This document shows, piece by piece, positions 1-8,538 of a stretch of DNA of 50,577 nt. Each line of letters opens with the position of its first letter. Position 1 is the stretch's first letter. The translations under genes were made by a program, and so were the position numbers. The notes beneath the pieces were generated by a model. That model was given only the letters and a program-made list of their open reading frames with translations, made no database searches and was not told the origin of the DNA. The stretch is from an uncultured Clostridia bacterium (GTDB lineage: Bacteria > Bacillota > Clostridia > Christensenellales > CAG-917): assembly GCA_947383095.1 (NCBI GenBank), contig CANDBZ010000002.1, positions 1 through 50,577 on the forward strand. The letters are read 5' to 3'.

Positions 1-85
1 GAACCGCGAGCAACGATAAAATCGCCGCGCCCGCGGATAATATCGCAACAAGTTTTAACGTTTTGCGTTTATCTTTTGTCATCAT
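1..85 (-). CDS. 5' fragment of a CDS running off the left edge. The N-terminus MMTKDKRKTLKLVAILSAGAAILSLLAV looks like a signal or TM anchor.
   Basis: The reverse strand has ATG at 85..83, then a basic stretch and a hydrophobic run. No clear SD. Only 28 codons are visible. Confidence 0.3.
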   Translation of the reverse strand, partial: MMTKDKRKTLKLVAILSAGAAILSLLAV

Positions 86-104
86 TCGTATGCAAGCAGC
101 GATA

Positions 105-308
105 TTATTTGTCGCCTTTTCTTTCCAGCTTTACTTCCCGTCCGTTTTCGTCCAAGGTATACGCGTTGTCAAGCTGTCCGCGCAGATTTCCCACGATACT
201 GTTGACGTATTCTCTGCGCAACCTCGCCTGCTCCTCCTTTTCCTCCGCGGTCAAGCCCTGCGCCTTGGCTTTCTTCGCAAGCTGATTTATCCTTTCAACA
301 TCGACCAT
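105..308 (-). CDS. DUF896 / UPF0291 (YnzC-like) small protein
   Basis: The ORF 105..362 contains MVDVERINQLAKKAKAQGLTAEEKEEQARLRREYV, typical of the DUF896 family. I placed the start at the internal Met, which has AGAGGA about 7 nt upstream and avoids overlap with ung. Confidence 0.7.
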   Translation of the reverse strand: MVDVERINQLAKKAKAQGLTAEEKEEQARLRREYVNSIVGNLRGQLDNAYTLDENGREVKLERKGDK

Positions 309-349
309 ACCGATTTCCTCTTTCCTTCTATTTTTGCAAAATATAGGGT

Positions 350-1012
350 TTAAGTGCGCCAATCAATAGCTTTAACGCCGTTTTTTGTCAAAAACTCATT
401 GCACTTCGAAAAATGTCTGCATCCGAAAAATCCCGCGTAAGCGGACAGCGGAGAAGGATGCGGGCACTCCAAAATCAAATGCTGCGGCGCGTTTATCAAC
501 GCTTTTTTTGAACGAGCGTTGCCGCCCCACAGTATAAACACTATGGGCTCCTTTCGGGCGTTCAGCTTTCTTATTATGCTGTCCGTAAGAACTTCCCACC
601 CCTTATCCTTGTGCGAATTCGGCTGCCCTTCGCGCACTGTGAGCACTGTGTTGAGCAAAAGCACGCCCTGCTTCGCCCAGGGCACGAGATACGGCGACTC
701 GTTGCGTATGCCCAGGTCGTCTTCGATTTCCTTGAAGATATTGATAAGCGACGGCGGCGCGGGAACGTCCGGCTTGACGGAAAAACACATGCCGTGAGCC
801 TGCCCTCGCCCGTGATACGGGTCCTGCCCCAATATGACCGCCTTGACGTTTTCATACGGCGTATACTTGAGCGCGTTGAAAATATCGTGCATATCGGGAT
901 ATATCGTGCGCCGACGGTATTCGTCCGCAAGAAACGCTCTCAATTTTTGATAGCTTTCGCTTTCAAAATCCTCTTTCAGCAATTCGTCCCAGCTGTTTCC
1001 TATGTGTACCAT
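350..1012 (-). CDS. ung: uracil-DNA glycosylase (family 1)
   Basis: The 220-aa product carries the GQDPYH motif, the downstream HPSPLSA motif and overall UNG-like sequence. Confidence 0.95.
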   Translation of the reverse strand: MVHIGNSWDELLKEDFESESYQKLRAFLADEYRRRTIYPDMHDIFNALKYTPYENVKAVILGQDPYHGRGQAHGMCFSVKPDVPAPPSLINIFKEIEDDLGIRNESPYLVPWAKQGVLLLNTVLTVREGQPNSHKDKGWEVLTDSIIRKLNARKEPIVFILWGGNARSKKALINAPQHLILECPHPSPLSAYAGFFGCRHFSKCNEFLTKNGVKAIDWRT

Positions 1013-1150
1013 GTCTTTCCCCTCGGCGCGTTTGCGCGCGTATATCGTTGGAAATATTATAGCACAAATTTTTTAATATGCAACGTATAGAACCGCCCCT
1101 CATAAACCATACTAATATCAAAAGGCGGAAGCCTTAAAAGGAGTAAAAAA

Positions 1151-1285
1151 ATGGCGAAAACAACTACTACAACCAAGCAATCCAAGAAACAGACGAGCGG
1201 CTGTCATTGCAACGAGACCAAGAGCTCCGCAAAATCCAAGTCGCCCAAGACCTCGAAGGAGAGCGACTGTTGCGATTGCAAGTAA
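1151..1285 (+). CDS. 44-aa Cys/Lys/Ser/Thr-rich micro-protein (MAKTTTTTKQSKKQTSGCHCNETKSSAKSKSPKTSKESDCCDCK)
   Basis: Hand translation. AAGGAG lies 7 nt upstream of the ATG and an intrinsic terminator follows directly. The ORF is below the ORF-track size cutoff. Confidence 0.5.
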   Translation: MAKTTTTTKQSKKQTSGCHCNETKSSAKSKSPKTSKESDCCDCK

Positions 1286-1300
1286 GTAAGCTGACAATAA

Positions 1301-1330
1301 AAATCGCGGAAATATCCGCGATTTTTATTT
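1301..1330 (+). terminator. intrinsic terminator after the micro-ORF
   Basis: Hairpin atcgcgga-aata-tccgcgat followed by a T-run. Confidence 0.65.
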
Positions 1331-1335
1331 ATCTA

Positions 1336-1364
1336 TTGAAAATCGACGTTTCTTGCACTATAAT
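1336..1364 (+). promoter_or_regulatory. sigma-A type promoter for the PRTase/U32 operon
   Basis: TTGAAA (1336-1341), a 17-nt spacer, then TATAAT (1359-1364). Confidence 0.6.
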
Positions 1365-1411
1365 ACTTTTGCAAACATATGACCCCGTATTTATCGGGTT
1401 CGGGAGAAAAA

Positions 1412-1954
1412 ATGGACAGAGTACATACAGTGGATATCTGCGGCAGGAAAACAGATCTGCCCGTGCTTGCGTTGCCGTCGGGCATAAGCATATGCTTTTT
1501 CAACCTTCACGGCAATCAGGCGCTCACGGAGTTCTGCGGCAAAAAAATCGCGGAGCGCGTTCGCGGCTGCGACGTTGTGATCACAGCCGAGTCAAAGGGC
1601 TTGCAGCTTGCGCACGTCGTCGCACGAGAATTGGGTCACGAGTTTTACGCGGTATGCCGCAAATCCAAGAAGCTGTATATGCAGGACGGTCTTATGACAA
1701 GCGTGCGGTCCATCACCACGGGCGAAGAGCAGACTCTTTATTTGAGCAAGCACGACGCGGGATTGCTCAATGGCAAGCGCGTGGCGATAGTCGACGACGT
1801 TGTATCGACGGGAGGAAGCCTCAAAGGCATAGAGGAGATCGTCCGTCTAGCAGGCGGCGAAGTCGTGACAAAAGCGTTTGTGCTTGCCGAGGGCGAAGCA
1901 GCGAACCGCGGCGACATCGTTTATCTGGCTTCCATTCCGATTATAAAAGATTGA
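1412..1954 (+). CDS. phosphoribosyltransferase family protein (adenine/xanthine PRT-like)
   Basis: PRPP-binding motif VAIVDDVVSTGGS. I chose the start at the internal Met (MDRVHTV), which is preceded by GGGAGA. The ORF track opens at 1379. Confidence 0.8.
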   Translation: MDRVHTVDICGRKTDLPVLALPSGISICFFNLHGNQALTEFCGKKIAERVRGCDVVITAESKGLQLAHVVARELGHEFYAVCRKSKKLYMQDGLMTSVRSITTGEEQTLYLSKHDAGLLNGKRVAIVDDVVSTGGSLKGIEEIVRLAGGEVVTKAFVLAEGEAANRGDIVYLASIPIIKD

Positions 1955-1957
1955 TGT

Positions 1958-3169
1958 ATGCTTGAGCTTTTAATGCCTGCGGGCAATCTCAAAAAGCTGA
2001 AAACCGCGTTTCATTTCGGCGCGGACGCCGTATATGCGGGAGGCAAAAGCCTCTCGCTGCGCGCTCTTGCGGATAATTTCAGTCGCGAGGACCTTTCGGA
2101 AGGTATAAAATACGCCCATTCTCTTGGCAAAAAGGTTTACGTGACCGCAAACATCTTCGCGCGCAATGCGGAGCTCGAGGAAGCTGCGGACTTTTTTAAA
2201 TATTTGGCCTCCGTAAACGCGGACGCGGTTCTTATCTCCGACATAGGTCTTATCTCGCTGTGCCGCGAGATCGCGCCGTCTCTGACGATACACCTGTCCA
2301 CGCAGGCCAATACCACAAACATGCTCGCGGTAAAGTTCTGGCAAAGCCTCGGGATAAAACGCATAGTTCTCGCAAGAGAGCTTTCGCTTGAAGAAATACG
2401 TCAAATACACGACTGCGCGCCCGATATGGAGCTTGAAGCGTTTGTGCACGGAGCCATGTGCGTGAGCTACAGCGGCAGATGCCTTTTGTCATCGTATTTT
2501 TCACAGCGCAGCTCAAACCGCGGCGAATGCGTGCAGCCCTGCCGGTGGAAATACCGCCTGACGGATACGCGAAAAAACTTATCCGTCGACGTTGAAGAGG
2601 ACGACAAAGGTACATACTTTATGAACAGCTGCGATCTGCGTCTGCTGTCGCGCTTGCCGGAGCTCGCGCAGGCGGGCATAACCTCCTTCAAGGTCGAGGG
2701 CAGGATGAAAAGCGAGTTTTACGTGGCGACCGTGGCGACGGCATATCGCCGCGCGCTTGACGAATATATTTCTTGCGGCGAAATACGCAACGCCGATATA
2801 TATGACCGTATGCTTGAAAACATCTCGCATCGAGCGTATACCGAAGCTTATCTCGACGGCCAAAACAACGACACCGTGTCGCTCGACGTGGAGCGGAGCG
2901 AAGAAAAATATAAGTATATTGCGACCGTGCTCGAAACGGACGGCGCTCATATAAGCGTCGAAATGCGAAACCGTTTTCGCAGCGGAGACAGCCTGATCGC
3001 CATAACGCCGAATGATAATTACGGAGCGCGATTTACGGTCGGCAAGATCCTGCATGCCGACAGCGGCGAGTATACCGACGACGCAAAGCTCGTGCAGCAT
3101 AAATACGTCATAGACTGTCCCCTGCTTCTTTGCGCAGGCGATATACTCGTCATCGAAAACAGCCGATAA
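1958..3169 (+). CDS. peptidase U32 family protein (collagenase-like / YhbU-type)
   Basis: The N-terminus MLELLMPAGNLKKLKTAFHFGADAVYAGG, the E-x-F-x-H-G-A-x-C motif (EAFVHGAMCVSYSGRCLLS) and the length are typical of U32. Confidence 0.9.
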   Translation: MLELLMPAGNLKKLKTAFHFGADAVYAGGKSLSLRALADNFSREDLSEGIKYAHSLGKKVYVTANIFARNAELEEAADFFKYLASVNADAVLISDIGLISLCREIAPSLTIHLSTQANTTNMLAVKFWQSLGIKRIVLARELSLEEIRQIHDCAPDMELEAFVHGAMCVSYSGRCLLSSYFSQRSSNRGECVQPCRWKYRLTDTRKNLSVDVEEDDKGTYFMNSCDLRLLSRLPELAQAGITSFKVEGRMKSEFYVATVATAYRRALDEYISCGEIRNADIYDRMLENISHRAYTEAYLDGQNNDTVSLDVERSEEKYKYIATVLETDGAHISVEMRNRFRSGDSLIAITPNDNYGARFTVGKILHADSGEYTDDAKLVQHKYVIDCPLLLCAGDILVIENSR

Positions 3170-3198
3170 AAAAGCCGCTGGGATACAGCGGCTTTTTT
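3170..3198. terminator. bidirectional intrinsic terminator between the U32 gene and the 809-aa gene
   Basis: Hairpin gccgctg-ggata-cagcggc flanked by an A-run and a T-run. Confidence 0.7.
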
Positions 3199-3204
3199 CA
3201 TGCG

Positions 3205-3800
3205 TCAAACCTCGCTCGGCGTATCGCCGGGAGTGCCCTCCTCGGGTACAGCAACGTCCTCGTCTTTTTTCTTCTTATCGCGCTTGCGCCAACCCTTCGT
3301 TTCCTGCGCCTTAGCATTGTCTGCAGTGACCTCTTCGGCGTCTGCGGCTTCATCCTTCTGCTTCTTGTCGCGTTTGCGCCAGCCCTTGGGCTCTTCCGCG
3401 ACTTCGTCCGCACTCGCTTGCTCTACGGCGTCATCGTCGGATTTTTGCTTTTTATCGCGCTTATGCCAGCCCTTCGTTTCCTGCTCCTCCGCGTTGTCGG
3501 CGGTGACCTCTTCGAGGTCAGCGGCTTCATCTTTCTGCTTCTTGTCGCGTTTGCGCCAGACTTTTTGCTCTTCGACGGCAGCTTCGTCGCTTGCGACTTC
3601 CGCAGCGGCAATATCGTCCGCGTTCTTTTGCTTTTTGTCGCGCTTACGTCTGCCTTTTTCTTCCTCGCCGGACTCTTCTATGGGAGCAAACTTTCCTTCC
3701 GCAGTCACTTCGCCGAATTCCTGCGGCGTTTCCTTACGCTTCTTTTCGCGCTTTTTCCGGCTCTTCTCCTCGATCGCCTGTTCTTCGTCGGCTTGAATAT
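3205..3800 (-). repeat. in-frame tandem DNA repeat encoding the RKRDKK/acidic tail
   Basis: cttcttgtcgcgtttgcgccag occurs at 3361 and 3538, an offset of 177 nt or 59 codons. Related ~88-nt sub-repeats carry cttatcgcgcttgcgccaacccttcgtttcctg-type units. Confidence 0.85.
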
Positions 3801-5634
3801 CTGCGTCGTTTTCCGCCTCGGGATCTATCTCGCCGTTGGCAAGTCTCTCTGCGGTTTGCGCCCTGATTATCCTATCGCGCGATACGGCGGTCCTTTCGCG
3901 CGTTCTTCTGCCGCATTCGCGGAAGACGCCCGCCGCAATAACAAGCACGACTCCAACCGCGCCGAAGATACACAACCAATTTCTCAAACCGAGCACGTTC
4001 ATTACCGCCATAAGCAGATTGTTGGATTGCACCCAGGTCGCCTGCATATATCCGAGCATACCGTATTGCGCGTTCATTGGCGATATGCTGACCGCAAGAT
4101 TGTTGTTATCGTCCATACAGAGATTTATATTGAGCTTTGCGCCGCCGGTTGCAAACTGAATGAGCTCGCTCAAATCGTCCTGCAGCAAACCGCCCACAGA
4201 GTCGAGCAGACCTCCCAGCTTCGCAAGAATACCGTTGACCGCTTCCGCAAGCATATCGGGACTCAAATCGATTGTAATGTCGCCTATGTTCACACCCGCC
4301 AAAATTCCCGACAGCCACGTATAAAGATCGAAATTGACAAGATCCATGGGATCGCCCAGCATATCGAGGACGAGCCACTTCATAGGACGTTTTACTACGC
4401 CGTTTTCAAACACCATCCAACCGTCGTCGTTGATACCGTATCTGACGTCGACCTCTTTGCCGTCGCGGTTCATGAGCTTGCCCGTATAGGTATACTGTCC
4501 GCCGCTTTGCTCGAACGCCTTTTGCGCCTCGGGATCGCGGATCTCATAGAGGAAATTATTGTCCTCCGTATAATACACCTTGCCCGTCTCGTCCTGTACG
4601 CCCTGCGTATAAGACCATCCTTCGTTGAGAATAAGACGAAGCACCACAGGCACCGTCATGCGTCCGTTCATCTGCGCGTACAGTAGCAACGGATCGTCAA
4701 ACGTCTGATAACCGTCTTGATTGAAGTTGTCGTAGTTGTCGTCGAAAAGCTGCTTGATCTTTTTGTTTTTAAAGCCTTCCTTAAGCAGCGTTTCATATCC
4801 GCTGTGTGCGTACTCGTAATCGACAAGAGCTAGCGCAAACGCACGCCTGTCGACATTGTTTATCATGGCGTAGCTGAAATCGTTGAGCACGTAGGTTTTA
4901 TAAATAAACTGATACAGCTCGTATTTTCTCGGTTGCTTCTTTGCCATGGCGTCTATTATGTCCGCCTGAAGCTCCGCCATCGAATAATCTCTGACATACT
5001 CCGATACTCTCTGTTCGATCTCTTCGTTATCGTATTTGCCGTTTTGCTTGTCGCGCTTGGACAAGGTGGCGTACGAATAATCTCCGTTGGGCTTGCCGTC
5101 GTTGTTCAGGCTTCCGTTGAGGAGATTGTACATGATGAAATCTCTGTCAAGCTTCGCGTTTTTCTCCGCCTGCTCGGCGCCGTTATAATAAAGGTCCTCC
5201 GCAAACAAAGTGTTTTGCGTTGCAAAAGAGATCACGTCGGGCAGAATATAAGTCAACAACAGTGCGAAAACGGACGTCAGACAGACAAAGGTTATCGCCA
5301 CCTTTACCGTTTGACCGCCTATATTGCTCTTGCTGTTTTTTCTTGTCACAGCAAGCGTAACGCCCAGGAAAATCAAACCGAACACGCCCGCTATGATAAC
5401 GCCCACAAACGGCCAGAAGGTATAGTACGGCGCAAGCTGATAGCATTTTGCCGCCAACACGATGGTCACCGCCAAAATAGGCACAAACGCCAGAATGTGC
5501 AACAGTACCGCCACCAAAGTATAGCCGACCGACGTCTTGCTTTGGTCTTTTTTGGTGCGCTTGCTCACGGGAAACGCTTCCTCTATTATCTCGCCTTGCT
5601 TATCGAGATTGTAAATTTCTTTATTCTCTTTCAT
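3205..5634 (-). CDS. large multi-pass membrane protein with an extracytoplasmic domain and a repeated basic/acidic C-terminal tail. No family recognised.
   Basis: 809-aa ORF with GAGGAGG upstream. About 4 N-terminal hydrophobic helices, a ~400-aa hydrophilic domain and a late TM (WLCIFGAVGVVLVIAAGVF). The tail has 7 copies of a [KR]KR[DE]KK motif separated by acidic spacers. Confidence 0.85.
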   Translation of the reverse strand: MKENKEIYNLDKQGEIIEEAFPVSKRTKKDQSKTSVGYTLVAVLLHILAFVPILAVTIVLAAKCYQLAPYYTFWPFVGVIIAGVFGLIFLGVTLAVTRKNSKSNIGGQTVKVAITFVCLTSVFALLLTYILPDVISFATQNTLFAEDLYYNGAEQAEKNAKLDRDFIMYNLLNGSLNNDGKPNGDYSYATLSKRDKQNGKYDNEEIEQRVSEYVRDYSMAELQADIIDAMAKKQPRKYELYQFIYKTYVLNDFSYAMINNVDRRAFALALVDYEYAHSGYETLLKEGFKNKKIKQLFDDNYDNFNQDGYQTFDDPLLLYAQMNGRMTVPVVLRLILNEGWSYTQGVQDETGKVYYTEDNNFLYEIRDPEAQKAFEQSGGQYTYTGKLMNRDGKEVDVRYGINDDGWMVFENGVVKRPMKWLVLDMLGDPMDLVNFDLYTWLSGILAGVNIGDITIDLSPDMLAEAVNGILAKLGGLLDSVGGLLQDDLSELIQFATGGAKLNINLCMDDNNNLAVSISPMNAQYGMLGYMQATWVQSNNLLMAVMNVLGLRNWLCIFGAVGVVLVIAAGVFRECGRRTRERTAVSRDRIIRAQTAERLANGEIDPEAENDADIQADEEQAIEEKSRKKREKKRKETPQEFGEVTAEGKFAPIEESGEEEKGRRKRDKKQKNADDIAAAEVASDEAAVEEQKVWRKRDKKQKDEAADLEEVTADNAEEQETKGWHKRDKKQKSDDDAVEQASADEVAEEPKGWRKRDKKQKDEAADAEEVTADNAKAQETKGWRKRDKKKKDEDVAVPEEGTPGDTPSEV

Positions 5635-5636
5635 TT

Positions 5637-8267
5637 TCAGCGCACCTCCTCGTCAGAATTTTGTTCTACAGGCAAGGAGATATCCTCCTCCGCGCCGTTT
5701 TTCTTCTTCTCGCGTTTACGGCGCTTCGGCTGCTCGGCATCCGTTTCGTTTTCTACGTCGCCGTCGACCGCTTTTTTGTCGCGCTTGCGGCGTTTGACCT
5801 TTTCCTCAACGCCTTCCTCTTCAACCTCGGATTCTTGAGTCTCGGCAGCTTCGTCTTTGGCAGCGCCGTCCTTGGATCCGGATTTCTTATCGCGCGCTAC
5901 GCGCATGCCCGTAGCGTATTCTTCCTCTCTCTGCGCGGCGACAAAGCTCAAGAAATAGAACAGTATCGTTATCCCCGTGAAAGAAGCAAGTATGTCGCGC
6001 AAAGCAAACAGCGGGAAGTATTGGGGTTGATAGGACATATCCGCCTTCAGCTGTTGCACGGCTATCAGGCTGTCAAGTCCGAAAGAAGAAGGATAATTGC
6101 CCGTACCGAGCTTATCGCCGATCAACGTGGAGCCTATCATGCCGCCGTATACCTTGCCGAGATACGTCGCTCTTTCAAGCGCGGCATAGTGCTTTTGCAT
6201 CGCATAATAATTGTCTTCTATGAGATTGCCGTCCATGTCGTAAAGCTCTACCTCGTAGAATTCCCACACAGGCTTGATAACCGCGGACTGATAACCGTAC
6301 CAATTTCGCAGCAAATTCTCGAGAATACCCACGATGTCTATTGCGACCTTTTTATTCGCGTCGAAAAGCGGAATGCTTATGCCGCTTATCTCCAAGCCCT
6401 TGTAGGTCTGTCCGTTGAAATCGATATCCTTGAACAAGCCGAACGTGCCGAGCAGGTTGACAACGGTATCCACGACTCCGCTTATATTGTAGGTTTCGAT
6501 AAGATTGTTGAGAACGGTGTTCAAAAACTCGCTCAAATGGTCAAAGTCGAACGCATAATCGGATTCGTCCTTGTCAAGCGCTTCGCCGTTGAAATCTATG
6601 TCGAGGAGAATATCGGTCTCGGGATTGGTGCCGCACGCGCCCTCGCCGTTATCCCTGACGATCGCAAGATAAAGATTGTTTCTCTTGATGCCGAAGCAAT
6701 CGTCCGCTTTGTAGGTGAGGCAGATATAAAGGTCGTTTACCTCAAGCTCCGTTTTGCCCAAGGCCTTTGCCAAAATATCGATAATCGTCGCCATAGTGGC
6801 TTCATTGTTTATGAGAGAGCCCAGACTCAAGCCCTTGCTCAACTGCGTAAGGAAGCTACTCAAGCCGCCGCCGAGGATCGGCACCTTGTTGATAAGGTCG
6901 CCAACACCTATATCGCCAACTATATTGTCGATGTTTGTAAACAGATAATCGAACAGCGCGTTATCGCCCAGCAATGCGCCGACCTGCGCAAGCAGCTCGT
7001 CCAGCTCGTCGCGGGTAAGCGAGAACCTGCCGTTCATATCGAATTCCTGATTGTAAAGAGCAGTGATCCACGGGTCGACCTCGACAAGCTCGCCGTCTTC
7101 GTAAAGACGACCGTTGTAATAATCGTCGCGTCTTTGCAACGCTTCCTCGTGCATCTTTTTGTAATTTTCCTGATACCACTTCGCGTCGGCAAATTCGTCT
7201 CCGTTTTCGATCGCGTCCTTTGCGGCATAGTAATCTTCAAGGATTTCTATGACGTTTTCCATGCTGAATACCCAACCGTCGGACAGCATTCCGTTTTGAT
7301 TGTAAAGTCCCTTGCCGTAAATGCCTTGCGTCGACTTGGCCGTGCCTTCGCCCTTCTTTTCGTCCCAGACCCATGACGTGGGCATCATGTCTTTGGCATA
7401 CCAGGTATATGCGTCGACCCCCTTGACGGAGCCTCTTTTCACATAGAAATAATGCGAATAAACTTCGCCGTTTATGACAAGCCTGCCCTTGCCGTCGGGC
7501 TTTAACTCTACGACCTGCTTGCCCTCGACCGCCTTGTCTATCTTGCCGTCGCCCGCAAACGTATTGCCGTTTGAGGCGTCGCAATCAAGCTTGTGGAAGC
7601 CCGTCGCGTCGTCGCGCACGAATGAAATATCCACGCCCGTCACGCCCGTATCGGAAATGATGTTATAATAAGTGACGGGTTTATTGCTTATGTTGCCCGC
7701 CGTACCGCTTTTATCGATGCCTTCCATCTCGACGTTGTACACGGCTTTTAATGTCTCGATTTGCTTTATAAGACTTTCCGTGACGTTTTTCTTATGCCCG
7801 TTCGACGAAATTGTACGATAATAAGACAATTGCGTTTTATAGTCGTTGACGACAACGCCCTGCGGCGCGTTTTCCGCTATCCCGTCTATCTTCGCGGCAA
7901 GCGTCGCGTCCATAATAAACATGCTACCCAGCATGACGACAAGCGTTGTCGCCGCAACGGACAGCATCCTCGCGCGGCGGCTCTTGACGGTCTTGCTCAA
8001 GACGATGTGCACAATGGCTATAAACGCCCATATGCCAAACGCGATCCAAATGCCGTAAAGCGCCGGTGACGAGAACAGCTTCTCGAAATCCACAAAGAAC
8101 CCAAGTGCCGTCGTCGCTTCCGAGGTGCCCGTAAACGGATCGTGCCCGATAAACTTCACCGCGGAAAGAAACACCGCTATGAAGAAAAGCGGAAGCCCCA
8201 ACATATAGAACGCAACCTTGAGCGCGCGATACGTTTTGACCTTCTGATATTGTCGGTCCTGACTCAT
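5637..8267 (-). CDS. large multi-pass membrane protein with the same architecture as the downstream 809-aa protein. No family recognised.
   Basis: 876-aa ORF with AAGGAGAAG upstream. N-terminal TM helices, a ~600-aa hydrophilic domain, a late TM (ILASFTGITILFYFLSFVAA) and an acidic tail with KRRKRDKK and KRRKREKKK motifs. The stop lies 2 nt before the next gene's ATG. Confidence 0.85.
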   Translation of the reverse strand: MSQDRQYQKVKTYRALKVAFYMLGLPLFFIAVFLSAVKFIGHDPFTGTSEATTALGFFVDFEKLFSSPALYGIWIAFGIWAFIAIVHIVLSKTVKSRRARMLSVAATTLVVMLGSMFIMDATLAAKIDGIAENAPQGVVVNDYKTQLSYYRTISSNGHKKNVTESLIKQIETLKAVYNVEMEGIDKSGTAGNISNKPVTYYNIISDTGVTGVDISFVRDDATGFHKLDCDASNGNTFAGDGKIDKAVEGKQVVELKPDGKGRLVINGEVYSHYFYVKRGSVKGVDAYTWYAKDMMPTSWVWDEKKGEGTAKSTQGIYGKGLYNQNGMLSDGWVFSMENVIEILEDYYAAKDAIENGDEFADAKWYQENYKKMHEEALQRRDDYYNGRLYEDGELVEVDPWITALYNQEFDMNGRFSLTRDELDELLAQVGALLGDNALFDYLFTNIDNIVGDIGVGDLINKVPILGGGLSSFLTQLSKGLSLGSLINNEATMATIIDILAKALGKTELEVNDLYICLTYKADDCFGIKRNNLYLAIVRDNGEGACGTNPETDILLDIDFNGEALDKDESDYAFDFDHLSEFLNTVLNNLIETYNISGVVDTVVNLLGTFGLFKDIDFNGQTYKGLEISGISIPLFDANKKVAIDIVGILENLLRNWYGYQSAVIKPVWEFYEVELYDMDGNLIEDNYYAMQKHYAALERATYLGKVYGGMIGSTLIGDKLGTGNYPSSFGLDSLIAVQQLKADMSYQPQYFPLFALRDILASFTGITILFYFLSFVAAQREEEYATGMRVARDKKSGSKDGAAKDEAAETQESEVEEEGVEEKVKRRKRDKKAVDGDVENETDAEQPKRRKREKKKNGAEEDISLPVEQNSDEEVR

Positions 8268-8538
8268 AATCTTCTCCTTGCGGACACGGCGATTGCACGC
8301 GCATGCCCGTCACCCTAATAGTATATATTATGATAACATATTGCATAATATATTTCAATATACATTTTGTGAGATTTTTGGGATTTTCACTCAACGCGCA
8401 TACTCGGCGCAAAATATCGGACGGGCGAAAAGCGGCGCATAAATTTTCAGGCGGGCGAAAAAAATATTTGCCTGTATGATAAAGGTAGTGTATATTTTTT
8501 ATATAATCAGGCGGGAAAAATAAAAAAGGAGGCTTCAT

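Noticed and set aside
1207-1965. 252-aa plus-strand ORF
   Set aside because: It is an alternative frame over the PRTase gene, and its product is Arg-rich. The 1412-1954 frame carries the PRPP-binding motif.
5661-7376. 571-aa plus-strand ORF, and similarly the 518-aa ORF at 3130-4686
   Set aside because: Both are antisense shadows of the 876-aa and 809-aa membrane protein genes. They have no SD, and the sequence is repetitive and low-complexity, mirroring the sense-strand repeats.
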